NCBI GenBank assembly: GCA_963676795.2
Contig: CAXXTB010000001.1
Location: 224,001-288,000, forward strand
Source: Geopsychrobacteraceae bacterium
GTDB lineage: Bacteria; Desulfobacterota; Desulfuromonadia; Desulfuromonadales; Geopsychrobacteraceae
Reading direction: 5' to 3'
DNA: 64,000 bases
Shown here piece by piece: positions 1 to 10,211 of the stretch. The position numbers and the translations under genes are program-made. The stretch's first letter is position 1. Each line of letters starts with the position of its first letter. The notes beneath the pieces are model-generated. The model was not told the DNA's origin. It worked only from the letters and a program-made list of their open reading frames with translations, and made no database searches.

Positions 1-140
1 TTGACCAGGGGGCCACTGACCCTGAACGACAGCTTGGCCGTCTGGCAGGCCAGAATCGTCCCCGGGTAGCTACGCGGCTCGGCACTGGCCGACCCCGCCA
101 CAAGGACCAGCAGAAGGGTCGGCAGCAGCAGGCAGGTCAT
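1..140 (-). CDS. RND efflux periplasmic adaptor subunit (5' part; runs off window)
   Basis: Manual translation MTCLLLPTLLLVLVAGSASAEPRSYPGTILACQTAKLSFRVSGPLV: signal peptide and LSFRVSG motif typical of membrane-fusion proteins; GAGGA RBS; downstream of TetR. Confidence 0.7.
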   Translation of the reverse strand, partial: MTCLLLPTLLLVLVAGSASAEPRSYPGTILACQTAKLSFRVSGPLV

Positions 141-147
141 AAATCCT

Positions 148-798
148 CTATTCATGATTTTTCCTTTCGGGCAGGCTGAACAGATTTAACGCCTGCTGAA
201 TGCAGGTCTCGGTCAAACTGTTGATGTAGTTTTCGTCGTAAGCTGTCATCCCGGCTTGTTCGAGGATCAGCGGGCGATAGTCGATATGCAGCAGCAGAGG
301 AGCTTCGATCAGCACCCGGTACTGAATCGCCTTGAGTCGATCGATCTGCGGATCGATCCGTTGAAAAAGGTTCAGAATGGCTTCCCCTTCAGGAATGATA
401 AACACCTCTCTGAAGGTCTTCTGCAGATCGCTTTGCCGTTGCAGAAGAGAATGAACAATCCGGCAGTGCCAGTCGGGCACCTGCGGATCAAAAAGCAAGG
501 CAATTTCACGTCTGATCAATTTAGTGATGGCTTCGGTCTGCCCGTCTCGGTTATCCAGATCGCAACCCCCAAGAGCATCCTCCAGCGGATTATTCAGCCA
601 GGGCTCGACAACACGCACGACCACCGCCTCAAACAGCTGCTGCTTGCCACCGAAATGGTAATGAATACTACCGATGTTTTCTCCGCTCAACTCGGCGATC
701 TGGCGGGTCGAAATCGCATCGAATCCGCTTTCGGCTGCCAGTCGGCCAGCAGCGTCGATCAACGCGTCACGGGTCTTTTCACTTTTTGAATAAGCCAT
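148..798 (-). CDS. TetR/AcrR family regulator (CecR-like)
   Basis: N-terminal TetR HTH (LIDAAGRLAAESGFDAISTRQIA...IHYHFGGKQQL). Confidence 0.9.
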   Translation of the reverse strand: MAYSKSEKTRDALIDAAGRLAAESGFDAISTRQIAELSGENIGSIHYHFGGKQQLFEAVVVRVVEPWLNNPLEDALGGCDLDNRDGQTEAITKLIRREIALLFDPQVPDWHCRIVHSLLQRQSDLQKTFREVFIIPEGEAILNLFQRIDPQIDRLKAIQYRVLIEAPLLLHIDYRPLILEQAGMTAYDENYINSLTETCIQQALNLFSLPERKNHE

Positions 799-822
799 TC
801 ATACCTCCACAATCCCGGACAA

Positions 823-858
823 TTTAATCAAGTGACTAGATTTAGTCAATCGATTAAA
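823..858. promoter_or_regulatory. Tandem palindromic operator, probably bound by the adjacent TetR
   Basis: TTTAATCAAGTGACTAGA followed by TTTAGTCAATCGATTAAA; the halves are 15/18 reverse complements, just upstream of the TetR start. Confidence 0.6.
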
Positions 859-875
859 TTCTGACTTACCGGCAT

Positions 876-904
876 AAAAAAAGCCCGACTCCAAGGAATC
901 GGGC
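876..904 (-). terminator. Rho-independent terminator of ABC operon
   Basis: GCCCGA stem followed by a T-run on the minus strand. Confidence 0.65.
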
Positions 905-945
905 AAATGCATGTGTGGTGGGGAAGGTGTGGTTTGTTCAAAAAG

Positions 946-1002
946 CACCCCCCTGCTCGCAAGCTCGCTTCCCCCCTATAACATAGGAGGGATTGAGGGG
1001 GG
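946..1002 (-). repeat. Dispersed ~57-bp REP-like palindromic repeat, family A, copy 1
   Basis: Near identical to 26986-27042 and to the reverse complement of 29455-29510. Confidence 0.85.
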
Positions 1003-1018
1003 CCGTTTCCGGGTGAAG

Positions 1019-1969
1019 CTATTTGTATGCCCGTCGAGGAGAAAGGATCTCCAGTCCGGTCTTCTCGCGCAGGGTGCCCATAATCCCGCGTGGTGCAATG
1101 AGGATGACGACCACGGCAACCAGGCCGAGGATGATCATACTCATCCCCGGGAAGTTATACAGGTACTGGGTCAGCAGCACGTAGAGGATGGCGCCGATGA
1201 TCGGCCCTTCCATGGTGCCGATGCCGCCGATGATGACCATGAAGGTCATGGCCACGGTCCAGCTGATGCTGAACCCGGAGGAGGGCATGATGTAGCCCTG
1301 CATCATGTACATGACGCCGCCGGCCAGGCCGGTGATGAACGATGCGATCAGGTAGCATTTGAGCTTGGTGCGGAAGATCTCGACCCCCATGGTTTCGGCC
1401 GCCGAGATGTTGTCGCGCATACCCATCAGCGCCAGACCGATCTTGGTGCGCATCATGATGAAGACGACCAGCACGGCGCCCAGACCGAGAATCAGCGCGG
1501 TGAAGTAAATCTGAGTCGGGCTGATGCGGTAGACCGAGTTGATGCCGATCCCCTTGGCATACTTGACAAAGCTCCAGTTGGAAAAGGCAATGATCAGCGC
1601 CTCGGCGACGACCCAGGAGCCGATAGCGAAGTAAACGCCGCTCATCTTAAACAGTGCCGGTGAGATCACCAGCGCGAAGACCACCGAGATCACCGCGCCG
1701 ACCAGGATCGCCAGGTAGACGTTCATCCCGTAGGAGACCGAAAAGACCGCCAGCGAATAGCCGCCGATGCCGATGAACGACTGCATGCCCAGCGAGAGCA
1801 GGCCGGCATAACCGCCCATCAGGTTCCACATCTGGCCCATCGCCATGTAGATCAGGATCAGAGTCATGGTCGCCATCAGCGATTCACTGCCGACAAAGGG
1901 GACGGCAATCAGGGCAATAACAATGATGGCCGTAATAACAATATATTTAATCATCTGTTGTTTAAGCAT
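1019..1969 (-). CDS. Branched-chain amino acid-type ABC permease (LivM family)
   Basis: WNLMGGYAGLLSLG and IIGGIGT motifs; hydrophobic. Confidence 0.9.
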   Translation of the reverse strand: MLKQQMIKYIVITAIIVIALIAVPFVGSESLMATMTLILIYMAMGQMWNLMGGYAGLLSLGMQSFIGIGGYSLAVFSVSYGMNVYLAILVGAVISVVFALVISPALFKMSGVYFAIGSWVVAEALIIAFSNWSFVKYAKGIGINSVYRISPTQIYFTALILGLGAVLVVFIMMRTKIGLALMGMRDNISAAETMGVEIFRTKLKCYLIASFITGLAGGVMYMMQGYIMPSSGFSISWTVAMTFMVIIGGIGTMEGPIIGAILYVLLTQYLYNFPGMSMIILGLVAVVVILIAPRGIMGTLREKTGLEILSPRRAYK

Positions 1970-1979
1970 GGCTTACCTC

Positions 1980-2843
1980 CTATTTCCGCGTTGCGGACGC
2001 AAACAGTCCGTTCGGCCGCAAGGCCAGAATGATCAGCAGCACGAGATAGGCGATCAGCATCTGCACCCCGGAGCCAAAGATATAACCACCGAGCAACTGG
2101 GAAACACCGAGGACGATGCCACCGGCCAGGGTGCCGATAACACTCCCCATCCCGCCGATAACCACGACCCCGAAGGCGATGATCAGGTACTGGGTGCCGC
2201 TCGACGGATAGAAGACGAAGGTCGAACCGATCAGGGTGCCGGCCAAAGCGGCGATGCCCAGTGCGATAACCATGGCATAGACGTAGGCGCGGCGGGTGTT
2301 GACCCCCATCAGCTCGGCGGCCATGGTGTCATTGGAAGTGGCACGGATCGAGCGGCCGAAGTTGGTCTTTTCCAGCACATAGTGCAGGCCGACGATGACG
2401 ATCACCCCGACGACGAAGCTGAACAGGTACATGGCTGAGATCGACAGTGCTTCCGTCGACAGCACGTTCATCTTGGCCAGCGGGTTGACGATGCTCTGGT
2501 TGTCAGCGCCAAAGATCTTGAGCAGCAGGTTGGAAAGGAAGATCGACACACCGAAGGTGACCAGCAGCGCCGGTTCGTCCCCCTTGTCGAGCACCCGGTT
2601 GACCAGGAAGTTCTGGATCACAAAGCCGACGACCAGCATGGCGACTATGGAAAGAATGGCGGAAGCCCAGATCGGAATCCCCATCCCTTTCATCAGGATC
2701 ATGGTGATGTAGGTGCCCAGGATCATCAGATCGCCGTGGGCGAGATTGGTCAGGCGCATGATCCCGAAAACCAGGGACATACCGACCCCTATGATGGCAT
2801 AGAGGCCTCCCAGCAGTACGCCTGTTACTATAACCTGTAACAT
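1980..2843 (-). CDS. Branched-chain amino acid-type ABC permease (LivH family)
   Basis: GMSLVFGIMRLTNLAHGD motif. Confidence 0.9.
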   Translation of the reverse strand: MLQVIVTGVLLGGLYAIIGVGMSLVFGIMRLTNLAHGDLMILGTYITMILMKGMGIPIWASAILSIVAMLVVGFVIQNFLVNRVLDKGDEPALLVTFGVSIFLSNLLLKIFGADNQSIVNPLAKMNVLSTEALSISAMYLFSFVVGVIVIVGLHYVLEKTNFGRSIRATSNDTMAAELMGVNTRRAYVYAMVIALGIAALAGTLIGSTFVFYPSSGTQYLIIAFGVVVIGGMGSVIGTLAGGIVLGVSQLLGGYIFGSGVQMLIAYLVLLIILALRPNGLFASATRK

Positions 2844-2858
2844 GTGAAGTCCTCCTTG

Positions 2859-3590
2859 TTACGCAAACTTGTTCATGCCGAAATAGGCGTCGTTAACTTC
2901 ATTGATATCAAGCTCGGCGCTCTTGCCTTCCATGACGATACGCCCTTCAAGAACCACATAGGCGTAGTCGGAATGCTTAAGACTGCGGGTGACATCCTGC
3001 TCGACCAGCAGCAGGGTCAGCCCCTGCTCGTTGATCTCCTTGATCTTGGCGTAGATGTCCTTGATGATGACCGGCGCAAGGCCTAAAGAGACCTCATCGA
3101 GCAGCAGCATCTTCGGCTCGGCCATGATCGCCCGGCCGATCGCCAGCATCTGGCGTTGCCCGCCGGAAAGAAAAGAGGCGAGCTGGTTCTGCTTTTCTTT
3201 GAGGATCGGGAACAGGTGATAGATCTTCTCCAGCTGCTCCATGCGCTCCCTGTTGCTCTTGGCCAGAAATGCGCCCATCAATAAGTTGTCGCGGATGGTC
3301 ATCTTTTCAAAGGTATGGCTTCCTTCCGGACTCATGGTCAGGCCCATCGAGACGATCTTACTTGTCCGGGTGCCGGTGATGTCCTGGCCCATGAACTGGA
3401 CCGACCCTTTTTTCGGCTTGTTGATCCCGACTATGGTCTTCATGATCGTCGATTTGCCGGCCCCGTTGGCGCCGATGATCGAAACGACTGAGCCCTGCTT
3501 GATCGACAGGGAGATATCGTGGACGGCTTCAAAGTCATGGTAGGCGACATCAAGGTTTTTGACTTCGAGCATAACCTGATCTTTCATCAC
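2859..3590 (-). CDS. ABC ATPase (LivF family)
   Basis: Walker A GANGAGKS, LSGGQRQMLAIGRA, LLLDEVSLGLAP. Confidence 0.9.
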   Translation of the reverse strand: MMKDQVMLEVKNLDVAYHDFEAVHDISLSIKQGSVVSIIGANGAGKSTIMKTIVGINKPKKGSVQFMGQDITGTRTSKIVSMGLTMSPEGSHTFEKMTIRDNLLMGAFLAKSNRERMEQLEKIYHLFPILKEKQNQLASFLSGGQRQMLAIGRAIMAEPKMLLLDEVSLGLAPVIIKDIYAKIKEINEQGLTLLLVEQDVTRSLKHSDYAYVVLEGRIVMEGKSAELDINEVNDAYFGMNKFA

Positions 3591-4309
3591 TCTTCACCTC
3601 CCATATAGACGCGGGCGACCTCGTCCGAATTCATAACATCGTGCGGCTTGCCGCAGATGATGTCCTCGCCGTCGGCGAGACAAAGCACCCGGTTGGTTCC
3701 CTCTAACATGGTCTTGATGATGTGCTCAATCCAGATGACGCTGACCCCCTGGCTCTGAACCATCTTGACCAGCTGGATGATGCTTTCGACCTCCGACTCG
3801 GTCAGGCCACCGCCGACCTCGTCAAGCAGCAGTATCTTCGGGTTGGTCGCAAGAGCGCGGCCAATCTCGAGACGCTTGCGGTCGAGCAGGCCGAGTTTTC
3901 CGGCGAACCAGGTCATCTTGTTGTCAAGACCGATGGTCTTGCCGACTTCCTTGGCCCGGACCTTGGCGTCCCTTTCCGACAGGCCGTCGCCGTAGACGCC
4001 GCCGAGAATGATATTTTCAAAAACCGTCATCTGCTCAAACGGCCGCGGAACCTGAAAGGTCCGGCCGATTCCGGCCCGGCAACGGCTGGTGATATCGTCT
4101 TTGGTGATATCCTTCCCCTCTAAGGTGACCGATCCGTTGGTTGGCTTGAGAATCCCGGTCAGGATATTCAACATAACTGTTTTTCCGGCCCCGTTCGGGC
4201 CGATAACCCCTAAGACCTCATTCTTGTCCAGCGTGAAATTCACCGATTTCAACACGTGGTTGCTGCCGAATGAGATACCGAGGTCTTCGACTTTGAGTAT
4301 CGCGCTCAC
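3587..4309 (-). CDS. ABC ATPase (LivG family)
   Basis: GPNGAGKT, GIGRTFQVPRPF, LLLDE. Confidence 0.9.
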   Translation of the reverse strand: MSAILKVEDLGISFGSNHVLKSVNFTLDKNEVLGVIGPNGAGKTVMLNILTGILKPTNGSVTLEGKDITKDDITSRCRAGIGRTFQVPRPFEQMTVFENIILGGVYGDGLSERDAKVRAKEVGKTIGLDNKMTWFAGKLGLLDRKRLEIGRALATNPKILLLDEVGGGLTESEVESIIQLVKMVQSQGVSVIWIEHIIKTMLEGTNRVLCLADGEDIICGKPHDVMNSDEVARVYMGGEE

Positions 4310-4441
4310 TGTTCTTCATCTCCTGAAATCCACTGGTGTCAAAACCAGCAAGGTGTGTCCATGGGCCGATGGGTTCCGGCCGACTGCCAGAGAAATTGGC
4401 AGTCGGCCGCCCCACGAACCGGGTGCTGTGCGGATGAAGGT

Positions 4442-5710
4442 TTACTTCTGGGTGGTCCCTGGAATGATCTTGATTTCAGCGGTCACAGGCAGCTCAGGAA
4501 TCTGGGTGTTGGCGATGATTTCCTGCTTCCAGCTGCCGTCAGCCTGCATGACCCACTGGCCGGTGACCAGAGCCTGGACAGAAGCATGGCGGTCGTCGTA
4601 CTTGACATGACCGACGCAGGTGTTCAGATCGGTCGCGGCAGCGGCCTTGACGATCTTGTCGGTATCAAGAGACTTGGCACGGGTCAGGATATCGACCAGC
4701 AGTTCGACGTTGGCGTGCTTGTAACCGACGGTCGCTGGAGGATTGGTGCCGAATTTTTCGGTCCACATGGCGCCCAGCTGCTGAGCGTTCTGGCCGGTCA
4801 GGGAAGAGACGTAAGGATGGTTCGGGGTCCACCAGACTTCAGAGATAACGCCGTCACCCAGACCTTCGCCGATCGCGTTGACGTCGGCTTCAAACAGGGT
4901 CGCTTTGGCGATGGTGGTGACTTTAGGCACGTAGCTCTGCTGGTGGCACTGCTTCCAGAAGGTGGCGAAGTCAGGGGTGATCATGACACCGACGATAACG
5001 TCACAGCCTTCTTTTTTGAGTTCCTTGATGATGGAGGTATAGTCGGAGCTGCCGGTGGTGTAGCGGCCCGGATCGACAACTTCATAGCCACGAGCGTTGG
5101 CGGCTGCCTTGATGGCGCCGGCGATTTCAATCCCCTCTGCGTCGTTGGCGGCGAGCAGGCCGACCTTCTTGTTGGTCGTGGTCAGGTCCCAGGCGTCGAT
5201 GAAGCAGTCGAGCTCGTTCTTGGTGTTGAAGAAGGCATGGAAAGAGTTGTAGTAAGGACCGCCGTCAAGCCAGGCGTCGACTGGGGCATCGACCGAGATA
5301 CAGGCTTTTCCGTAACGCTCACAGGCTGCCGAAACCGGGTTAACGGTGTCGACGGTGTGGGAGACGATCATGACATCGACCTTGTCCTTGGTGATCAGCT
5401 TGGTGGCCGCTTCAGAAGCCTTGGTCGGGTTACTTTCAGAATCGGCAATGATGAACTTGAGAGGCAGTTTCTTGCCGACCTCCTCAACATAAATACCGCC
5501 TTCTGCGTTGATCTTTTCGACCGCTTTTTCCTCCATGAACGGAGTGCCCTGGCCAAAGGATGCCAGTGGACCGGTCAACGGGGCGACACGCCCGACCAGG
5601 ATGTACTCCTTGGCCTTCTTGGCGTAGACGGTGGTTCCGGAAAGGGTGGCAACCATCAAGGTTGCCAGGGCGATGCCTAACAGTTTGAATGTTCTACGTT
5701 TCACGTTCAT
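4442..5710 (-). CDS. ABC substrate-binding protein (LivJ/K-like)
   Basis: Signal peptide, GRVAPLTGPLASFG and INAEGGI motifs; first gene of the ABC operon. Confidence 0.85.
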   Translation of the reverse strand: MNVKRRTFKLLGIALATLMVATLSGTTVYAKKAKEYILVGRVAPLTGPLASFGQGTPFMEEKAVEKINAEGGIYVEEVGKKLPLKFIIADSESNPTKASEAATKLITKDKVDVMIVSHTVDTVNPVSAACERYGKACISVDAPVDAWLDGGPYYNSFHAFFNTKNELDCFIDAWDLTTTNKKVGLLAANDAEGIEIAGAIKAAANARGYEVVDPGRYTTGSSDYTSIIKELKKEGCDVIVGVMITPDFATFWKQCHQQSYVPKVTTIAKATLFEADVNAIGEGLGDGVISEVWWTPNHPYVSSLTGQNAQQLGAMWTEKFGTNPPATVGYKHANVELLVDILTRAKSLDTDKIVKAAAATDLNTCVGHVKYDDRHASVQALVTGQWVMQADGSWKQEIIANTQIPELPVTAEIKIIPGTTQK

Positions 5711-6141
5711 TTCTCCTCAATCTAACTTAGTTTTACCTGCTATTAAAAGCTGCCCGGGATGGACAGTTCCCCACAATCGTTAGCATCAGAAGTAAATCTT
5801 ACTTATATTTGGCAAATGAAAACCAAACAGAGAAGAGTGGCAGTGGTCTCCATTGGCCATCACAGTATGTAAATCCCTCATATCACGTAGAAATATTTTG
5901 GAACAATCGGTTTTACTCGACCTTTACAATTCCTTTACATTAGCGATCGCAAATCATTAAGACGATAACAGTAAGAGCGAGGCAAAATGCACTTTTAAAC
6001 GAAATACTGGACATTTACAGACTCCAACCTTCTTCGTTAGTTTTTGCTAATTTTTTTCGATCCTGAACCGACCATCATCACATCACGTTGACATATTTTG
6101 ATTTTCCATATATATACCTTTACGAATTTAATGAGACCCAT

Positions 6142-6810
6142 ATGTCATCACACAAAAAAACATCCCCCAAAGTGGCAGGCTACAAGTGGATCCTGGCCTT
6201 GATCATGATCATCGTTCTGGCCTTCGGCTGGGAATTCCCGCTGCTCGGCTTTATTGTCCCGGTCGCCATGCTGACCGGCATCATCGGTAGTTTCTTCCGT
6301 GGCCGCTGGGTCTGCGGCAACCTCTGCCCACGGGGCAGCTTTCTCGACAGCTGGTTCGGTCTGATCGCCGCAAAGAAGAAAATGCCGGCTCTGTTCAGAA
6401 AAAAGTCCTTCCGCTGGACCCTGCTGGTCGCACTGATGGGATTCATGGCCTTTCGCCTCAGCCAGAATATCGGCAGTGTCAATCACTGGGGGCTGGTTTT
6501 CTGGCAGATGTGCCTGATTACAACTATTGCCGGCGTCTTCCTTGGCTTGCGCTATTCAGCGCGCAGCTGGTGTGGCATCTGCCCGGTCGGCACCATGGCG
6601 GGGACGATCGGCGGAAATAAATACAGCCTGCAGGTCGATGCTTCCTGCAAGGCCTGTGGCCTGTGTGAATCGAGCTGCCCCATGCGACTGAACATCGCCA
6701 GCTATCGCGGCCAGGAGAGCCAGAAAGAAATGGACTGCATCAAGTGTGGTGTCTGTCACGATATATGTCCGCAAAACGTCCTGAGCTGGCCAGAAAAGAA
6801 AGCCGCCTGA
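6142..6810 (+). CDS. Membrane 4Fe-4S protein (NapH/YccM-like)
   Basis: GRWVCGNLCPRG and WCGICPVG motifs plus two CxxCxxCxxxCP clusters; start moved to ATG 6142. Confidence 0.85.
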   Translation: MSSHKKTSPKVAGYKWILALIMIIVLAFGWEFPLLGFIVPVAMLTGIIGSFFRGRWVCGNLCPRGSFLDSWFGLIAAKKKMPALFRKKSFRWTLLVALMGFMAFRLSQNIGSVNHWGLVFWQMCLITTIAGVFLGLRYSARSWCGICPVGTMAGTIGGNKYSLQVDASCKACGLCESSCPMRLNIASYRGQESQKEMDCIKCGVCHDICPQNVLSWPEKKAA

Positions 6811-7241
6811 AACAGATTTGCCCTCAAGACAGAGAATAGCTGTCTTGAGGGCGATACCATCTATTCCCATCTAACCAACAGCTAAGAATCGTTAGCCCTT
6901 CATTCAGGCGGCTTGTTTACATTATTTTATTAGGGGCTGAGGAAGAAGAGAGCTGAAAGCAGACCATCCAACTTGGCGTCACGCATATCTGGACGGTTTG
7001 CATCTGTTCATTTGGACATTGCCTGATCAGGCAGGATGCTTTAAATAGGGTAAGCTTCTAAAAGAGGCTTCTCAGCGGCAGACCAGACAGCAGAGATTTT
7101 CCTCACCGGAAAAATCGCCAGTTCTGTTGAACTGACTGCTGCCGTAGACTGGTCGTCACCTCCTCCTCAGCTCAACATAAGATGACAAACAGAGCAGAAT
7201 TGTTCTATTTGCATGAGCTTTAGCTCTTTCGGAGCAAACCA

Positions 7242-8474
7242 ATGTCCGTATCCATAAAAAAAAATTCATCGCCAAAGGGCCTGCGCCTGGTTCTGATCCT
7301 TGGTGCCATGACGGCTTTCACATCCATGTCGATCGATATGTACCTGCCGGGCTTTCCGCAGATGGCCGAAGATCTGGGTGTCCCGATCGGTACGATCCAG
7401 CTGACCGTGTCGGCGTTTCTCTACGGTTCGGCGATCGGCCAGATCTTCTATGGCCCGTTGACCGACCGCTACGGCCGCCGGTTACCGCTGCTGGTCGGTT
7501 CGGCGCTCTACATCATCTCGACCATTGGCTGTGCGCTTGCCAATTCAGGCGAAGCGTTGCTCTTCTGGCGCCTGGTCATGGCCCTTGGTGGCGGAGCAGG
7601 CATGGTCATTTCCCGGGCCATCGTCCGCGATCTTTACACCACCGCGGAAGCGGCGCGGATGTTTTCATTGCTGATGCTGGTCATGGGTGCAGCACCGATT
7701 TTGGCTCCTTTGGTCGGCGGCCAGGTCCTGCTGTTCGGCGGCTGGCGGGGAATTTTCTTCTGCCTGACGATCTTCGGTGTGCTCTGTTTTGGCGCCGTTG
7801 CCAAATATCTCCCCGAATCCCTACCGGAAGACCGCCGCATTAAACAGAGCCTGCCTCAGCTGGTGGGGCTTTACGGACAATTATTGCAGCACGGACAATA
7901 TCTCTGCTATTCAATCGGCCTGGGCTGTATATCGGGAATGACATTCTCCTATATCGCCGGTTCACCTTTTCTGTTCATCAACCTGCATGACATCTCCCCG
8001 CAGCATTTCAGCCTGTTTTTCGGTGTCAACGCCCTTGGTCTGATCGGCTCCTCGCAACTGAACCGCAAGCTGTTAAGCCACTACGCTACGAAAGAGATTC
8101 TCAGAGGCGGGCTGATGATCAACCTGGCCTCCGGCATCATCCTGCTGCTCTCGGTCTTCACCGCTTTCGGAGGCTTTCCGCTGCAGGTTATCTGCCTGTT
8201 TGTCAACGTCGCCTCGATGGGCCTGCTCTATCCGAATATCACCGCCCTGGCGCTGGCCCCTTTTAAAAAGATGGCCGGCAGCGCTTCATCACTGATGGGG
8301 ACTATCCAGTACCTGATCGGCGCCACTTGCGGCGGCCTGATCGGCCTGCTGCAGAACGGCACCGCCATCCCGATGGCCGCGGTCATGACCGGCTGCGCTA
8401 TCGCTGCCCTGTTCTTTGCCGTCGTTCTCGCCGATTTCTTCGAACCCCTCAAAACAGGCAGTCGGATTCCCTGA
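7242..8474 (+). CDS. Bcr/CflA family MFS drug efflux transporter
   Basis: SIDMYLPGFP, GPLTDRYGRR, APILAPLVGG motifs. Confidence 0.9.
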   Translation: MSVSIKKNSSPKGLRLVLILGAMTAFTSMSIDMYLPGFPQMAEDLGVPIGTIQLTVSAFLYGSAIGQIFYGPLTDRYGRRLPLLVGSALYIISTIGCALANSGEALLFWRLVMALGGGAGMVISRAIVRDLYTTAEAARMFSLLMLVMGAAPILAPLVGGQVLLFGGWRGIFFCLTIFGVLCFGAVAKYLPESLPEDRRIKQSLPQLVGLYGQLLQHGQYLCYSIGLGCISGMTFSYIAGSPFLFINLHDISPQHFSLFFGVNALGLIGSSQLNRKLLSHYATKEILRGGLMINLASGIILLLSVFTAFGGFPLQVICLFVNVASMGLLYPNITALALAPFKKMAGSASSLMGTIQYLIGATCGGLIGLLQNGTAIPMAAVMTGCAIAALFFAVVLADFFEPLKTGSRIP

Positions 8475-8514
8475 CCATATTCTAGATTCACTTTTTAAAA
8501 ATCATCGAGAAATG

Positions 8515-8552
8515 AAAAAGCCCCTCTACTCCAACCTGGGAAAAGAGGGGCT
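8515..8552 (-). terminator. Terminator between the convergent MFS and gabD genes
   Basis: AAGCCCCTCT...AGAGGGGCTT stem with an A-run on the + strand. Confidence 0.55.
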
Positions 8553-8604
8553 TGCACTTATAAATCGTTGTCTGTTCGTGATGACTCGGCCATTTCCCGG
8601 CGTG

Positions 8605-10071
8605 CTAGTCTGTCATCTCTCCCAGGCATAAATATTTGATCTCAAGATAATCCTCGATACCATACTTTGAACCTTCACGGCCAAGACCCGATTCCTTGAT
8701 ACCACCAAATGGCGCAACCGCAGATGAAATCAACCCCGTGTTGGCACCTACGATTCCATATTCAAGTTTTTCACCAAGCCTCCAGGTTCGGGCGAAATCG
8801 CGCGTATAAAAGTAGGAGGCCAGTCCATATTCGGTATCGTTGGCCATCTGAATCGCTTCTTCTTCGCTATGGAAGCGGAATAAAGGTGCGATCGGACCGA
8901 AGGTCTCCTCACGGGCAATGCGCATTGTCGGTGTGACATCGACCAGCACAGTCGGTTCAAAAAAACTGCCGCCTAAAGCATGGCGACGCCCACCGCTAAC
9001 GACACGTGCTCCTTGGGATAGCGCTTCGGCAATATGCTGCTCAACCGTGTCGAGCGCCTTCATATCGATGAGTGGCCCCTGTTTCGTTGTCTCGTCCAGC
9101 CCATTGCCGACCTTAAGCTCCGCGACAGCGGCGGCGAGTTTTTCGGCAAAAGCATCATAGACCCCATCCTGAACCAGAAAGCGGTTGGTACAGACACAGG
9201 TCTGGCCGCTGTTGCGGAATTTTGAGACCAACGCCCCGGCAACGGCAGCGTCGAGATCGGCATCGTCAAAAACGATAAAGGGGGCATTGCCACCCAACTC
9301 CAGCGAAACCTTTTTTACCGTACTTGCGCACGCCGCAAGCAACTGTTTGCCGATTTCCGTGGAGCCGGTAAAGCTCAGCTTGCGCACCAGGGGGTTGCCG
9401 GTCAGTTCCTGACCTATCTTGCTGGCAGAACCGGTGACAACATTGAAGACCCCAGCGGGGATCCCGGCCCGCGAGGCGAGTTCTGCAAGCGCCAGAGCAG
9501 AATAAGGTGTTGCGCTGGCTGGCTTGACAACCATCGTACACCCGGCAGCAAGGGCAGGGGCCGCTTTGCGGGTGATCATTGCCGTTGGAAAATTCCAGGG
9601 GGTTATCGCTGCGCAGACCCCGATCGGCTCTTTCAGGGCGATGATCCGTTTATCGCTCTGAAATGTAGGGATGACATCGCCATAAATACGTTTACCCTCC
9701 TCGGCGAACCATTCGATATAGGAGGCTGCGTATGCGATCTCGCCTTTTGCTTCGGCCAGTGGTTTTCCCTGCTCTATCGTCATCAGAATCGCGAGGTCCT
9801 GCCGGTGCTCGAGCAGCAACTCGTACCAACGGCGCAGAAGCGTGGAACGTTCTTGGGCGGTTTTTTTAAGCCAGGCAGATCGCACCCGATTCGCGGCACC
9901 GATGGCGCGCTGCGTTTCAAGCTGTCCCATCTCAGGCACGGTGCCAATAATGTCCCCGGTCGCCGGATTGCTGACGCTCAGAGTGGCCTTGGTTTCGGCG
10001 CCACACCACTGACCGTCGATGTAGGCCTGTTGGCGAAACAGTTGTTTGTCCTTCAGTTGCGACAAGCCCAT
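8605..10071 (-). CDS. gabD: NAD(P)-dependent succinate-semialdehyde dehydrogenase
   Basis: ITPWNFP, SFTGSTEIG, LELGGNAP, FRNSGQTCVC, EETFGP, GREGSKYG. Confidence 0.92.
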   Translation of the reverse strand: MGLSQLKDKQLFRQQAYIDGQWCGAETKATLSVSNPATGDIIGTVPEMGQLETQRAIGAANRVRSAWLKKTAQERSTLLRRWYELLLEHRQDLAILMTIEQGKPLAEAKGEIAYAASYIEWFAEEGKRIYGDVIPTFQSDKRIIALKEPIGVCAAITPWNFPTAMITRKAAPALAAGCTMVVKPASATPYSALALAELASRAGIPAGVFNVVTGSASKIGQELTGNPLVRKLSFTGSTEIGKQLLAACASTVKKVSLELGGNAPFIVFDDADLDAAVAGALVSKFRNSGQTCVCTNRFLVQDGVYDAFAEKLAAAVAELKVGNGLDETTKQGPLIDMKALDTVEQHIAEALSQGARVVSGGRRHALGGSFFEPTVLVDVTPTMRIAREETFGPIAPLFRFHSEEEAIQMANDTEYGLASYFYTRDFARTWRLGEKLEYGIVGANTGLISSAVAPFGGIKESGLGREGSKYGIEDYLEIKYLCLGEMTD

Positions 10072-10211
10072 GGGTAATCTCCTTCAGGGTCTGAACTACT
10101 CTAGGGTTCGTATCGATTTGCCACGGATTTCATAGCCGGCAAAATCCGCACTGGGTTCCAGTGCCCTGTCTTCCTTGTGAACTGGAGCGACAGAGCACTG
10201 GATTTACAGCA

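Noticed and set aside
6860..7240. Possible pseudogene or sRNA in a long intergenic region
   Set aside because: No recognisable protein or RNA motif by eye
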